Positions 45,201-53,634 of a stretch of DNA of 53,852 bases are shown here, in pieces. The stretch is from a virus. Taxonomy: Duplodnaviria > Caudoviricetes. The position numbers were made by a program, and so were the translations under genes. The stretch lies in the IMG/VR virus record IMGVR_UViG_3300001679_000055, positions 1-53,852 of that record. The stretch is one strand, 5' to 3'. Under the pieces are notes generated by a model that was given only the letters and a program-made list of their open reading frames with translations, was not told the DNA's origin and did no database searches. Within the stretch, counting starts at the first letter, position 1. The number at the start of each line of letters is the position of its first letter.

Positions 45201-47614
45201 CCTCTCTCGAGGCCTTTAATTAACCTAAAGTCAATGTCTGTCTGACTATTACCTTGCTTTAATGTCTCCAATAAAGCATAACTTAGATTAGCTACATGGG
45301 TAGTGTCTAGGATTTTTTTATCTAAAGACTTCTCTGCAATAGCTAATACGTTTATTTCGTCTAAATACGCGTCTATATCCATCCACTCAGTTCTAGCATC
45401 ACCATACTTAGGTTGAAATGCTTTTATCTTATCGCCACGTTTGGAAATTAATTTATCGACTAACTTATCTCTAGACTTTTCAACGTTAACTTTTTGCTTG
45501 TCACTTAGTGTCTCATCTTTTAATACTTCAGCACGTTTAGCTATCTTGTCTACCGTAGTCTTAAGACTAGGTGAGATAGTGTTTTTAGCTGCTTTAATTG
45601 CAGATACCGGAGCTGAGATTGAAAGACCACCCATAGCTTCATTAACGAAACCTTCACTAGCTTCAAAACCAGTAGGTGTTACTACACTACCGTCTTCCTG
45701 GATACCATGCTTAGCAATAGTCTCAGCAGTAGTAGACGTTAGACCTGAAATACCTTCAATAGTCGCAGGTACAAGTACTGCTGCAACAGGTTTAACTACC
45801 ATAGATACTAGAGGATTCTTAATACCTATTTCACTTACCCATGTAGTCAGGTTTGGAAGCCTGCCTGTAATGGCTTTAACACCCAATTTCTCTGCAGCGA
45901 TACTAACTACTGCCATAGAGTTTAATAATGCTAAATCAGATCCCTCTGGGACCTCACCATGTATGTCTGTGTACTCACGCTTGAAGTTCTCTTGCGCAGA
46001 TGCAATAGCAGCAGCTACACCTACATAAGGGATCATTAATTCACCCATGAATGCTGCAGATTCAACTAAGCTATGTACAGCAGATACTTTACGATTCTGT
46101 AAAGAATATACTAAGTAATCCCAACCACTATCATCGTAAATCTTCTCAGCTACTTTCTTTTCAAATCCTGACTGTCTACGGTTAACTTTACTGGCAGCTT
46201 CAGCTTCTTTAGCTAATGACTTATTGTCTCTAGCTACTCTGTTAATTACTTTAGAGTCTAAGCTTGATAAGTAAGTAAACTTAGGTTGTTGACTGAACAG
46301 TATTTCATCTTCTGATAGTTGATCACCTAATGCCAATTTAGTTTCAATGGCTCTATGGTTAGCTTGGTCTTCTTTAGAGATCACATCGTTTTCAGTAATG
46401 ACCTTGGAGTCACCGGTGTGGCCTAGCGCTTTTAAATCTCTATTCTGTGGGGATTGCCACCAGTTAGTGTGTGTACCTACTAATTGGTTCCATTGATCTA
46501 CACCTTCTAACTTTGTTAGTGGTCCATCATCTAGAGCTCTTTTGAATCCTTGATTTACAGATACTCCGCCTGAAGCTAGTTCGTTACCTACATTTGTCCA
46601 TGAGTTAACATCTGCTTCTGCATCTGGGTTAGCTTCAATTTCTTGCTTGTACCAACGAGCTTCTTCAAGTGTTAATTCTGTTTTGTAGAAACCTACTTTG
46701 TCTTTTCGTGCTGGGTAGTAAACAGAGAAACTGTTCTTACCAGTTACTATATTAACCTGCCCGTCTCTACCAGCTGCCTTAACATCTTTGGGAATCTCTG
46801 CAGTTTGTTCTTCAGGCATTGGGGTGCCCATAGCTCGTGCGTAACTAGCTCTCTTGTCTACATCGAGCATACGCTTTGATGCAACAGTGGGTATATCGTA
46901 ACCCTTCTTAAACTCTTCGTACTTATTGCCATTCGTAGCTTCATACGATTCACGAATAGCTGTTTGTTTATCGTTGTTGTCGAACCATCTGGTATTAAAC
47001 TCAGGTGTATTCATAGCAGCGTATAAATCTACACCTGTTTCTGGGTTAGATAATGTACTCTTTACACGCTTAGAACCGGCACGTTTCATATCACTTGGAT
47101 CGTATGAAACATCAACTTCAGGTAGGTACCATTGAGGCTCCATACCTTCATAGTCTGAGCGTTCCACAACACCCATTTCAGCGTCATAAACACCTTGACC
47201 TTCTGTAGCTAAAGCATTGAACTTAACGTCTGCTTTCTTACCCATCTCATAGACCATAGCACTGTTAACTTGGCTAACATCTATGTCCCATAATCTAGCG
47301 TAGTGTTCTTTTTGGTAGGGTCTTAATGTAGATTCGTTGCGGTAAGCACTGTGCTCTGCAGTATCGATATCATTAGCACGAGCACCGAAAGAAACACCTT
47401 CATCTGTAGTTAGATATCCAGAGTCAGCATCAGTACCTTTGCCTGCCATGTCATCAAACGTAGCATTAGTAGTATTCCATTCATCTAAGAATGGGACATT
47501 GCCTTGGCTTATTCGTTCTTGTTTCTCTTTTGACTTTTTGGCTATATCACTACGTTTCTTACGTATAACTTCATCGAAGCCTTTAAATTGGTCTTCGCCA
47601 GCATATATAGCCAT
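36203..47614 (-). CDS. Virion-encapsidated RNA polymerase (N4 gp50-like vRNAP)
   Basis: 3803 aa with no Cys seen. QGRMM..NPMNSKIHR, motif A EIDGITNG (about 41402-41425), motif B RDLAKDPLMTTNYG (about 41001-41041), motif C LYDA, C-terminal HELIH..EFLAYALTN, F.NYD tail. Confidence 0.95.
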   Translation of the reverse strand: MAIYAGEDQFKGFDEVIRKKRSDIAKKSKEKQERISQGNVPFLDEWNTTNATFDDMAGKGTDADSGYLTTDEGVSFGARANDIDTAEHSAYRNESTLRPYQKEHYARLWDIDVSQVNSAMVYEMGKKADVKFNALATEGQGVYDAEMGVVERSDYEGMEPQWYLPEVDVSYDPSDMKRAGSKRVKSTLSNPETGVDLYAAMNTPEFNTRWFDNNDKQTAIRESYEATNGNKYEEFKKGYDIPTVASKRMLDVDKRASYARAMGTPMPEEQTAEIPKDVKAAGRDGQVNIVTGKNSFSVYYPARKDKVGFYKTELTLEEARWYKQEIEANPDAEADVNSWTNVGNELASGGVSVNQGFKRALDDGPLTKLEGVDQWNQLVGTHTNWWQSPQNRDLKALGHTGDSKVITENDVISKEDQANHRAIETKLALGDQLSEDEILFSQQPKFTYLSSLDSKVINRVARDNKSLAKEAEAASKVNRRQSGFEKKVAEKIYDDSGWDYLVYSLQNRKVSAVHSLVESAAFMGELMIPYVGVAAAIASAQENFKREYTDIHGEVPEGSDLALLNSMAVVSIAAEKLGVKAITGRLPNLTTWVSEIGIKNPLVSMVVKPVAAVLVPATIEGISGLTSTTAETIAKHGIQEDGSVVTPTGFEASEGFVNEAMGGLSISAPVSAIKAAKNTISPSLKTTVDKIAKRAEVLKDETLSDKQKVNVEKSRDKLVDKLISKRGDKIKAFQPKYGDARTEWMDIDAYLDEINVLAIAEKSLDKKILDTTHVANLSYALLETLKQGNSQTDIDFRLIKGLERGIKMYEQQIELDRALATAGNFTSANAKSVDTVNAAKERVRSFEQDNANINIKYTTEDFQERIDKEPHKEGLFTTQRDEHIATIKEDLQQALDTIGENIEVGLKAKTDTVQKSKETNRLNFSAVTGMDVKSTDYNPYTSVLTILSEMDNNKAIGADTAISLLKHHKNLKTVVAGMKREGKTDADIQDYVDILDESQYVLEDIAAEQVTRLKDGSADKLNPNDYVLQSLNINEIDVTALDELANKSEELTTEQQALLKSQKKRLDLDSNRDKTTEIVSHEIIDAESGINQSFDMYANQADEGTATKRVLNRLDNFVKHMNTKAEVLTKALETSKEDGVAIVYVNKTDLTAEPLIMRDGEALPKDVVLTDAQDFNKSKSHYAISQTDTNKKFLSDYSKPFVESVQNEAAYGMATQEVITQVVAAKEQVKLDPNNYTSADEASITNLLKEQKDNIGSLSDIGKANTESSNSDNVNDVDKIVANTSNKGKVEDEAGQTESVKDETSKSVEEDTIMFGTDPETSTAKGISKDLAAAVTIKYVDNITSSVDGKRRIGAQADRKNNQILIDKAELKATFDRKAWTNPKMEGVTPYAEDAFKTYEEWETFVVAHERAHFTEANLKRPQGHKRENHANAVAMREVTRMRKAVKTKSVTKAKPVPVVQQELESEVTSETFVVGLTGDTILSNNIQEFVPVFKTKGGNAANLLEVKDKKREVVRVFTPTGEVTADTIKTQAENAVAKVNETRLSNNMEPIVASPEYIETLTETFKQFKEIYKTANLDSKGNKKPIRHKINEEEGVSSSNILNILHIVDPRGVETLPDEVLFALATQALAFISTDASAIKNLDDVMVKRVLGLNQKDKLTNQERSTIKMIGIPIYMMHTDIGANVLNALNVKAVNKRSEELKDYPLSPLELQDTLSNALGILAITLLSQVDASSILPKRISKQASSQPFVILRHGKPVIKKRTEGNNVFLGDKNVNTIQSNAKPKGINPKEHAEALKFLRGEVEHLEAITGMVVSKSGVYSEPLKEVQTKVAGSLSAVSTADQKLIRKLQDTPQTGMKGPLRLWRALSIKQKEDIAGVVNKDSEHWDRRDSFEAANSALRAEIEAMDEYADGIFYYKYGVQKQGRMMIKSAGINPMNSKIHRHLVAALSNPTVVDTPRLRNAFKVAVAAAFGAPIDKQSAVTSIRFFNEVYENPVVEAAVEVFKNNSATDVEIREAVMSVHNLKDDKGKPVFANKVHLIEGLAGLADYRPGASTQFTTDMTAEIDGITNGYAIALLQFGGHNLMASLQRVGVYDAKLGTEFGEWITDPENLDVYQELAKSMNDARDVSAIANFQLEAMLKAQKKNKDAGLYKGKIYDRMTKNAELKVNVLHALEEVHGEILKDGTLTDFARDLAKDPLMTTNYGAALASVLRKVSASAMDGLLDKMAAIQRNFNDGNTEEASKDAQRLDNAISELRGGTAKLGFVEILEKGNLDATLNVTEPSGKSTEHTRTNEKILREVQEGIEFVYGPMMDAGLKSLLGDPEDKNSMMGRRTELGNAFEWIYFFYLDAYEEKVKAIRDASDTNKISPEQKREIARSLLGTYYPRYKGPVHQSDTEADSFIAMISQKKSPDAESRIPVKLGHYVYEHTTSADGVMTLDQTKTSRLSMSAPSVNTDPASGGSKVQANVIQNLDAHHIAAVSMRFEFLSLYDAGQFSISDLDKGSKTYNDDFIKTNLENNVLGVVLEELKAVAALALKENRIKRATDAYREKSHQAVNTGNLKIRYSLNINKQIKALDYAHQGALKDLQEVKDLFAKNELVVNQMNWADLGKVKTNNGSLGSSNESASAEIEQTFSRSSISHLTQDIFDNLNDVFKDNYSSPEASREQREHLERILQKFIIPSASILDSTSVEVITRKTDKSGGEYNPVTGHVEVNIGRFKPKSFTQQTPQEVYIHELIHAISYRVINTDTKIRGDLDRLHREMSKEVTWEDFMHPEASADIKAEEKAAKELYDYLFGDKGKTKHAPYEFLAYALTNPGMIRKLKSTEAKRHTSDESTGLLQRFFNLLNRILTSFQENMFENRKHSATVHDQITNLAEEIVAINTDRRNALSRYLFRKGVSAKHSAANQKIIDFQNLVINKGIPKLHEVAQRRRDELKDKILPSDSLFSKIIRGVLVNVPLAALHLTPKEMRRYITNAHYVFKGEIAKTMRSVLREVAGITPQEFLDMVLESRQAVDANRAQTKESIAKILRNSFISDTEPTELELEAMTLLLLKTDAVSLLDEGKYSMEHIVKLIEDPKKLASAINIYEKLLGTANNSFYRLEIDGLSDYMVFGETETAHQYLNAYSITLDPKGDTKDEHAIDILASLQAIQKTINNSKSMQESLVNLAKREMDVDKEFNGFTEMLSQHRSFKQEAVIELFGKDRALMDKGYITVITDTDTDIIVEPLYVPELDGNGFPRTDSNGNPKMIDNAAILKRKGYKMVETLKGIKGIDQVELALFVGTNIVETPRTKGINSVTARKAKGTSLKSIIARNPKYEGMIKKVLSDFFIQENKKETKQLKTGQRTGKKQLIPITNSNNEIVDYRVSMSHALVKQHLNQDMNSIEILSSMFMRKADKAATLKVNARSVQLMMADADKNRTTKNAKKWVNIFDGDHKEEYFDTLPKQMRYDIEKNITYNKEGGKEFWVQEGLLDTIFGYKHRTLMNLPLIRDTHAVRRITGIVEKAIKGLVKTAVVAIVVKIPMVIRENITSNVIASIVHGIPPTYLTKHINRGWQDLEAYRDNMEELAELRHRVAARPELATKPAIIKKMKQLASDVNTSDMHMFMSSGLFSSITEDIHGFDMQTRSKTGKWIKDKTGVTVPKSISNVISMAYMSPDSKLGKSAMHATQISDFLFRYAMYKHKTEQQGASHTEAWSLITRLFVNYDQPMNRNIQYMNDLGIIMFVRYFLRIQSMVTNLARKEPLNLMAYLATEVALDADFADITDSSILGGKLLPTDGGIAKILKEVIIPPAWEISMGEGW

Positions 47615-47636
47615 GTTATGTCCTTAGTTGAAATTT

Positions 47637-49235
47637 TTAATTAGAGTTGAATCTTTTATAATAGTTTTGTAAGCTGCCTGTAGATGCCTTGTTAACCTCA
47701 CTATCACGTTTAAAGCCATTAGCTCTTAGGATATCTTCCCAATCACTTCTTGCGACATCGCTGATAGAACCTTCACCACCTGGTACTAGTGTATTTCCAG
47801 AATCACCTGATTGATCACCTAGATGGAACTCATCTGCACCAGCTTCATCAAATCTAACAATGTTAGCTAAGATGTAGTAAGCTCTGTTTCTCTCAGCTAC
47901 AGTGTACTGAGTATCACCTGGAGTGGTAACACCATCTTTTACAGTTTCTTCAACATGTCCAGCTCTAACAGCGAATAGGTTTCTATCTAGAACTTCAAAG
48001 AACTTAGTTATTGGGCTAGCATTTGGAGACCATTCATTAGAAACAGTAGCGTAGTTTTTAGTGAAGAAATCAATAGTCTTAGATTTATCCCATTGCTTAT
48101 TACTAGAACCCCAGTTTGAAACACCATTCTTAGCGCGATTTTCAGCTTTTTTAACCTCAATCTCTGCAAATGTATCAACAGCCTTTTCTTTCTTGTATTT
48201 ATCGAAGGTCTTAACAGCGTCTAAACGTGACTTAATTGATTTAAGACCTGAGTCTTCCATAAGTTGGTTAACAAACATCTTTCTAGCTTCAGTATCTGCA
48301 CCAGGAAAACTAGCTGCTGCTTCATTTATTAACCTAACACCCTCCATAAGATCTTGTTCTGTAATGTTTTCACTACCTAAATCAAATTTAGGCGATGTTG
48401 TTCTTAGGTGGTCTAACTTGTACGCATTAAGTTGATTGTAGAATGCCTTATCTTTAACGCCTGTAGCTACTGCTCCCTGTGTCAGTTGCTTAAGTATGTC
48501 TGCATTCTGGTAATTATTATTTTCCGTCAGACCAGATAAACTAGCATTAACAAAATTTTCTCTATTTACTTGTGCGACTTCTGCAGTTTTTTTAATTTCA
48601 TCACGACTTAAATTTAGTTTATCGTGATCTATATTTACAAGAAATTTGGCTAACTCCAACGGATTCTTTTTATTATTGTAGTTGTACGTTTGCATAGCAG
48701 TTAAGACTTTTTGGTCTGTTGCTTTATTATCTAATTTAAGCTTATCTAATAAATAAGGTCTCTGTTCAGCCCTAATCGAATTAGATTGTTTTGCATTTAC
48801 AGTTGTTTGTTTTGTAGCTTCTGCATCTAAGTTTAACTGCTCTAGAGATATAGCTCGTTGTTCTTCAGCAATCTGCATAGCTTGCGTTGTTTGTTCACGG
48901 GCTTGTAAATTAGAAGCTAACAAGTCTTCATGTGTAGCTATGTCTCTAAACGTTTGATTTTGTTCTTTAAATGACTGACCTAAAGTATCATTATTTATAA
49001 AACCATTGCCTTGTGTAGAGTAGTCAGTGTATAGAGCTTTAGCTTCCTCTTGGGTATTTGCACCCATAATAGCTGCAGTAGCTTTATCTGTTTGTAACTT
49101 AGAGTAGTCGTCACCGAAGCCTGTAATAGAGTCTAAAATTTGCTGTCTACCTGCGTTAGCCAACTTATCTGAATCATTCATAGCATTAAGAATGCCTGAG
49201 CTATTTGCGTACTGTACATTCTTCCAGTTATACAT
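47637..49235 (-). CDS. Ejection protein (N4 gp51-like)
   Basis: Cys-free, helical, W.NV N-terminus, directly upstream of vRNAP. Confidence 0.7.
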   Translation of the reverse strand: MYNWKNVQYANSSGILNAMNDSDKLANAGRQQILDSITGFGDDYSKLQTDKATAAIMGANTQEEAKALYTDYSTQGNGFINNDTLGQSFKEQNQTFRDIATHEDLLASNLQAREQTTQAMQIAEEQRAISLEQLNLDAEATKQTTVNAKQSNSIRAEQRPYLLDKLKLDNKATDQKVLTAMQTYNYNNKKNPLELAKFLVNIDHDKLNLSRDEIKKTAEVAQVNRENFVNASLSGLTENNNYQNADILKQLTQGAVATGVKDKAFYNQLNAYKLDHLRTTSPKFDLGSENITEQDLMEGVRLINEAAASFPGADTEARKMFVNQLMEDSGLKSIKSRLDAVKTFDKYKKEKAVDTFAEIEVKKAENRAKNGVSNWGSSNKQWDKSKTIDFFTKNYATVSNEWSPNASPITKFFEVLDRNLFAVRAGHVEETVKDGVTTPGDTQYTVAERNRAYYILANIVRFDEAGADEFHLGDQSGDSGNTLVPGGEGSISDVARSDWEDILRANGFKRDSEVNKASTGSLQNYYKRFNSN

Positions 49236-49243
49236 AACTACTC

Positions 49244-49687
49244 CTAAGTATTAGCTACACTAAGTTTTTCTAAATCATAATCTCTGAATCTGTTTGAACG
49301 TTGGCTCTCACTTAAGAAACCACCAGCGTGAGCATTACGTTTATCTTCGACCTCTCGTATAGTAGCTAACTGTAAGCCTGCATTAATATCAAAAGACTTA
49401 GCATTTTGAGCTAACTGTTGTTCAGTAATTCGATTACGTTTTTCAGCTGCTTTGGTAGCTTCCATACCCTGCCACCAACCTAATGCTGCTGTACCTGCGT
49501 CAAGTGTACCCTTATTGAACCCAAAATCAAAGTCTTGGTTTAAACTATTACTATCCACAAAGCTGCCATCCAGGAATGAGTTTTGATCTGACCCTAACCC
49601 CATAAATTGTTGTCTGTTTGCTAATTGTAAGGCGTTAGCGTTCGTACCGCCCCAATAATTATTAAATTTGTTTTGATTGAATGCCAT
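49244..49687 (-). CDS. Small ejection protein (N4 gp52-like)
   Basis: 147 aa, Cys-free, Gly-rich amphipathic segment followed by a coiled segment; synteny. Confidence 0.7.
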   Translation of the reverse strand: MAFNQNKFNNYWGGTNANALQLANRQQFMGLGSDQNSFLDGSFVDSNSLNQDFDFGFNKGTLDAGTAALGWWQGMEATKAAEKRNRITEQQLAQNAKSFDINAGLQLATIREVEDKRNAHAGGFLSESQRSNRFRDYDLEKLSVANT

Positions 49688-49700
49688 AATTGGTCTCCTA

Positions 49701-52013
49701 TTATGTGTAATTGTATTGTAGTCTATAAGTGTGTCTAGGTGAAGTTGTTTTCAATACCCTCTGGAAGTACTGTGCAGAAGGCATAGGATCGAAAGTATCT
49801 ACCTTCTGAATATTAAGTAAACCTTGTTGAACGTAGCGTCTATTAATCGCACTATAGTAGTAACCAGAAGCTTCATACTCAGCATCTAGGTCATCTTGCA
49901 ACTCCTCTATTAGTAATCCTTGGCTTATAGTAGCTGAAGCCATTTGCTCTGCATCACTGATAAGATGCTGCATTTTGTAAGTGTTCATAATGTTTACTAC
50001 ATCTAAAGCTAGCATAGCTGTATACGAATTAGCACCTAGAGTAGAACCACTGGTACCCATAGTAATCAGCAACATACCTACCTGGCCTAAGACTACGTAA
50101 TCTTCACCAAATACTCCCATAGAAGCTAAGAGTACAACTGCTATGATTACGTAAGCGGTAGACACAGTTATACCTAATGTAGCTGCTAACGTGGCAGCAG
50201 TAGCACTTAAGTAAGCTGTTCCTGCGGTAGCTGCCCCTCCTCCAGCGGCCGCACTCGCACTTCCCGCAGCGGGGGCGGCTGTACCTGCAGAGAGTATTAT
50301 TACTATAATAGTAAGCACGAGGATAATAAATTGAAAATCCCACTCTTCCTTTTGTTCCCAGAATGCATAATACATTTCTAGGTGTAAGCTACTAGTAGCT
50401 ATAGAAGTCATTGCTTGGTTATTATAGGACTTAATAATACGCCAATCTAAGGGTAGATATACACCTCCGTCATCTGAAGTTAGGTCTATGTATACTATCT
50501 TGTGTTGTTGTGATTGAACGTCTCTAACATAGTGTGTTATAACAGGGCTAACTATCATATAACTATCTACACTACCATCTGCATTGATCTTATAGTAAGT
50601 CATAGTAGATACTGTAGCATTCAACGCATTTTCATAGGCTATATTCAGGAAATCACGTATCTCATCAGGTATATCAATACCTGTTATAGTTGATGTTAGA
50701 TCAAGGGTCCCTTGTATAGACTTATATGTAGTTGGCCCCTGTAACCTACCATACTCCCGTAAGTTAATAGGATCCTCACGTACCCCTTTTAATACACTAT
50801 TAGAGTCTACATCAGCTTTACTATGGTGCTGTATGTCAATATGAGAGTACCTTAAACCATATGCAGATTCATCGAAGGAGACAATTAAATCTATTCCTGT
50901 TACATCTATAAGCTCTGTGGCTACGTTACTCTGTTCCATGACATATACAGGAAGACTGTCTATATCTTGCTCGACTGTAAAACCTCTAGTAGATCTAGTA
51001 TTGAAACTGCCTACGATATTGTCATTAGCACCATCTACTTCATAGTTAAAGGTATGTGTATCGGCTAAAGCTTTAAGCTTAGTAATAAATTCTATACAGT
51101 ATTTTAAGCTATGCTTATCTTTAGCTTTTAGGTCTACTCCTTGACTAACTGCGACATGATCTAACTTATCCATATCAGGGTGCTCTGCAAAAGCTTCAGC
51201 AAGATCCTTAGAGTTAATTCCTAAGAAATTTGCGTAGTCATCATAATCCTTATGTCTATTTTCATCATCATGGAGGTATTTACCATCTCTGCGTATATCT
51301 AGTGGTGGCATTATCTGAAATACCGTAGGGTCATTTTCCGGAAGAGTAGTATACGTATCCAGTTCTGGGTATACCCCTGAACCTATATCATAAGTCCAAG
51401 TACGTGTAGAGGATGCTTTAGGCCCATCTGGAGTAGCTATATCTACAGTGTAAGTAACATTGTAAGCAGAGCCTAGAGGCTCTGGAGGTAAGTCGAGTGT
51501 ATAAGAATTACTTGTTACTGTGTTAGTAACCTCAACAGTGTTAGCTACATCATCAGCTGTAGTGAGATCTACATAGAACTCTACGTTGTCCCTTCTAAAT
51601 GTATTTGTAGAGGTATCTAGATTAAACTCATTAACTAAATAGGCAGACACCCACTCTGCATAATCTAAGTCAATAACAGAGCTATTAAGAATAGTTACTG
51701 CACTAGGGTTGCTCGGATTAATTCTAGCTTTAACTAAGCTAGCAGGGACATAGTTGTTACCTATGTTAATCTCAGCAAAACCCTCGTAGTAATCCTTAGT
51801 AGCGAACTTCTTAGTTAACTGTCTATATTTACGTCTACTGCCTGCATTATATTCTAGGTATTCTAAACTCTTAAAGTAGTCAATGCCATTAACAGCTTCA
51901 TTAATAATTGCAAAGTCATGATACCCATCAGGAAGAGCATCATCCGTTAGAGGTGTAGTCACTACATTCCAGTACTGATAAGTTCTAGTAGTTTTAAAAG
52001 GGTTCCATCCCAT
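49701..52013 (-). CDS. Tail structural protein (N4 gp53-like)
   Basis: WTYDIGSGVYPELD, P....R.D, a long C-terminal hydrophobic Ala-rich region; synteny. Confidence 0.75.
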   Translation of the reverse strand: MGWNPFKTTRTYQYWNVVTTPLTDDALPDGYHDFAIINEAVNGIDYFKSLEYLEYNAGSRRKYRQLTKKFATKDYYEGFAEINIGNNYVPASLVKARINPSNPSAVTILNSSVIDLDYAEWVSAYLVNEFNLDTSTNTFRRDNVEFYVDLTTADDVANTVEVTNTVTSNSYTLDLPPEPLGSAYNVTYTVDIATPDGPKASSTRTWTYDIGSGVYPELDTYTTLPENDPTVFQIMPPLDIRRDGKYLHDDENRHKDYDDYANFLGINSKDLAEAFAEHPDMDKLDHVAVSQGVDLKAKDKHSLKYCIEFITKLKALADTHTFNYEVDGANDNIVGSFNTRSTRGFTVEQDIDSLPVYVMEQSNVATELIDVTGIDLIVSFDESAYGLRYSHIDIQHHSKADVDSNSVLKGVREDPINLREYGRLQGPTTYKSIQGTLDLTSTITGIDIPDEIRDFLNIAYENALNATVSTMTYYKINADGSVDSYMIVSPVITHYVRDVQSQQHKIVYIDLTSDDGGVYLPLDWRIIKSYNNQAMTSIATSSLHLEMYYAFWEQKEEWDFQFIILVLTIIVIILSAGTAAPAAGSASAAAGGGAATAGTAYLSATAATLAATLGITVSTAYVIIAVVLLASMGVFGEDYVVLGQVGMLLITMGTSGSTLGANSYTAMLALDVVNIMNTYKMQHLISDAEQMASATISQGLLIEELQDDLDAEYEASGYYYSAINRRYVQQGLLNIQKVDTFDPMPSAQYFQRVLKTTSPRHTYRLQYNYT

Positions 52014-52022
52014 AACTTTAAG

Positions 52023-52973
52023 TTATGCAGTGGTTACAGTGTCAGATGTTTCCTTAGACGAAGGGGCTACATTTGCATCATCAGGGTAGATGTCGAGTAA
52101 ATGCCCTACATCCAGGTACATATCTGCATCAAAGTCGCCAGCAGTGTTGATCTGCATCTTGATGATATCTGCAACGTTCCTATTAAAGGCGTTTTTAGCA
52201 TCATTCACAAAACCTTGAGCTTGTTGAGTAAACAATGATGATTGTTTGCCCATGATGCTGTCGACATGAATAGTCTGTGCATCAGTATTACCCGTCAAGG
52301 TTTGAGCATGCTCAGTAATACGTTTCTGTTTAAGTAAATCAACCTCTTCCTGTGTCTTAGCAATTGTAGTAGCTGATAATGAAACACCTTTATGTTGTAA
52401 GTTGTTAGTCTGGTTAAGAGTCACAGCGTTAACTACAGGGTAAGCTGCGTCATGTGGATCAGCTGTCATCAAGGCTACGACATCATTCTCAGTCAAGTTC
52501 TGTATAGTCACATACGTATATGTATTACCTAGATTACCTACATACTCAATCTCCCAGAGATACTCATTAACTTCCATTCCGTTCTGGAAATGTTCATTAA
52601 TAACTTGTTGGCGCTTAATGGCTAAGTCAGCATCACTAGACTGGACACCGCTAACTGTCTGAAAAGATAGTTGGGTAGCTTTCTTTTCTTCAGTTACAAT
52701 TTGTTTAGTTAGTAAGTCAGCTTGCTTGTCTGCTTGCTGCTTACCTAAAACAAACTGTACAGAGTTCTGTAGAGAGCTCTGAATAGCTCCTAAGTACACC
52801 GTAGCGTAATCGGTACCTGTTAGTCTACCTAAACTAAACTGGGCGCTTAGATGGGCGTTAACGGCCTCCATAAGGTCATCAAATACTCCAGTACCCGTTA
52901 CAGTGTATTTACCGTCTGTACTAGTAGTTACGCCACTAGCTTGCGTTAAATCTGAAGTATTGATTATTGCCAT
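52023..52973 (-). CDS. Tail structural protein (N4 gp54-like)
   Basis: GTGVFDDLMEAVNAHL..QF..GRLTG.DYA.VYLGA; GKQ..LF.QQ..GF. Confidence 0.8.
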   Translation of the reverse strand: MAIINTSDLTQASGVTTSTDGKYTVTGTGVFDDLMEAVNAHLSAQFSLGRLTGTDYATVYLGAIQSSLQNSVQFVLGKQQADKQADLLTKQIVTEEKKATQLSFQTVSGVQSSDADLAIKRQQVINEHFQNGMEVNEYLWEIEYVGNLGNTYTYVTIQNLTENDVVALMTADPHDAAYPVVNAVTLNQTNNLQHKGVSLSATTIAKTQEEVDLLKQKRITEHAQTLTGNTDAQTIHVDSIMGKQSSLFTQQAQGFVNDAKNAFNRNVADIIKMQINTAGDFDADMYLDVGHLLDIYPDDANVAPSSKETSDTVTTA

Positions 52974-52977
52974 ATTG

Positions 52978-53559
52978 TTATCCTACTGAGTTAGTTGCCT
53001 TTTGCTTTATTGCAATCTTGTCGATTTCAGCTTGTGTAAGTGGAGGTAACACCTCAACGTTATAAGCCTTAATTGTAGTTGACTCCATAGAGTCTTGACC
53101 ATTACGTGTAGTCTTCTTAAAGATCTGACACTCTGCAGCCTTGATATTTTCAAAGATAATATTAGGGATGTGCCAACCCTCATCATTATTGAAAGGTACA
53201 TACTTACGTACAGATTTACCACGATTAGCTGTGCTATTACCAAATGTAAAAATCTCACCATTAGCATCTAACTTAAGTGGATCGTTAGGCCTAACTACTA
53301 CTCTAATTAACTTCATCGCGTCCTGGTCACGAAGACCTTCTAGCTCTACACCATTAATTTTAAAATCTTGTAGCATGTTTGGAGTGATTTCTGTCACACC
53401 TGTATCTGTTGTTTGTACTTCCATAATGTTATCCTCATTATTACTTAAATTAGTCAAAGCTTCCTCAAGCTTTGATCTACTTGAATTATAGTGCATCTTA
53501 ATACCGTTTTCGGCTAGCTTATCGCTGATCTGTTTAGATGTCATTTCATTCATGTTCAT
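52978..53559 (-). CDS. N4 gp55-like protein
   Basis: AMKLIRV....DP.K...GEIFT.GN...KYVPF...GWHIP...EVLPPLT; follows the MCP. Confidence 0.8.
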   Translation of the reverse strand: MNMNEMTSKQISDKLAENGIKMHYNSSRSKLEEALTNLSNNEDNIMEVQTTDTGVTEITPNMLQDFKINGVELEGLRDQDAMKLIRVVVRPNDPLKLDANGEIFTFGNSTANRGKSVRKYVPFNNDEGWHIPNIIFENIKAAECQIFKKTTRNGQDSMESTTIKAYNVEVLPPLTQAEIDKIAIKQKATNSVG

Positions 53560-53581
53560 AGTTCCTCCCGGGAATTAGTGA

Positions 53582-53618
53582 GGCAGCCCGCACCGCACTT
53601 ACGTGCTAACGGGCCACC
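53582..53618 (-). other. GC-rich GNRA-capped hairpin after the major capsid gene
   Basis: Minus strand GGTGGCCCGTTA-GCAC-GTAA-GTGC-GGTGCGGGCTGCC; no U tract. Confidence 0.55.
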
Positions 53619-53634
53619 AAAACCAAAGCTCTAA

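Noticed and set aside
36513-48435. Many plus-strand ORFs of 60-195 aa within the vRNAP and gp51-like genes
   Set aside because: Antisense shadows of long real genes, with Ser/Leu-rich composition and no RBS pattern.
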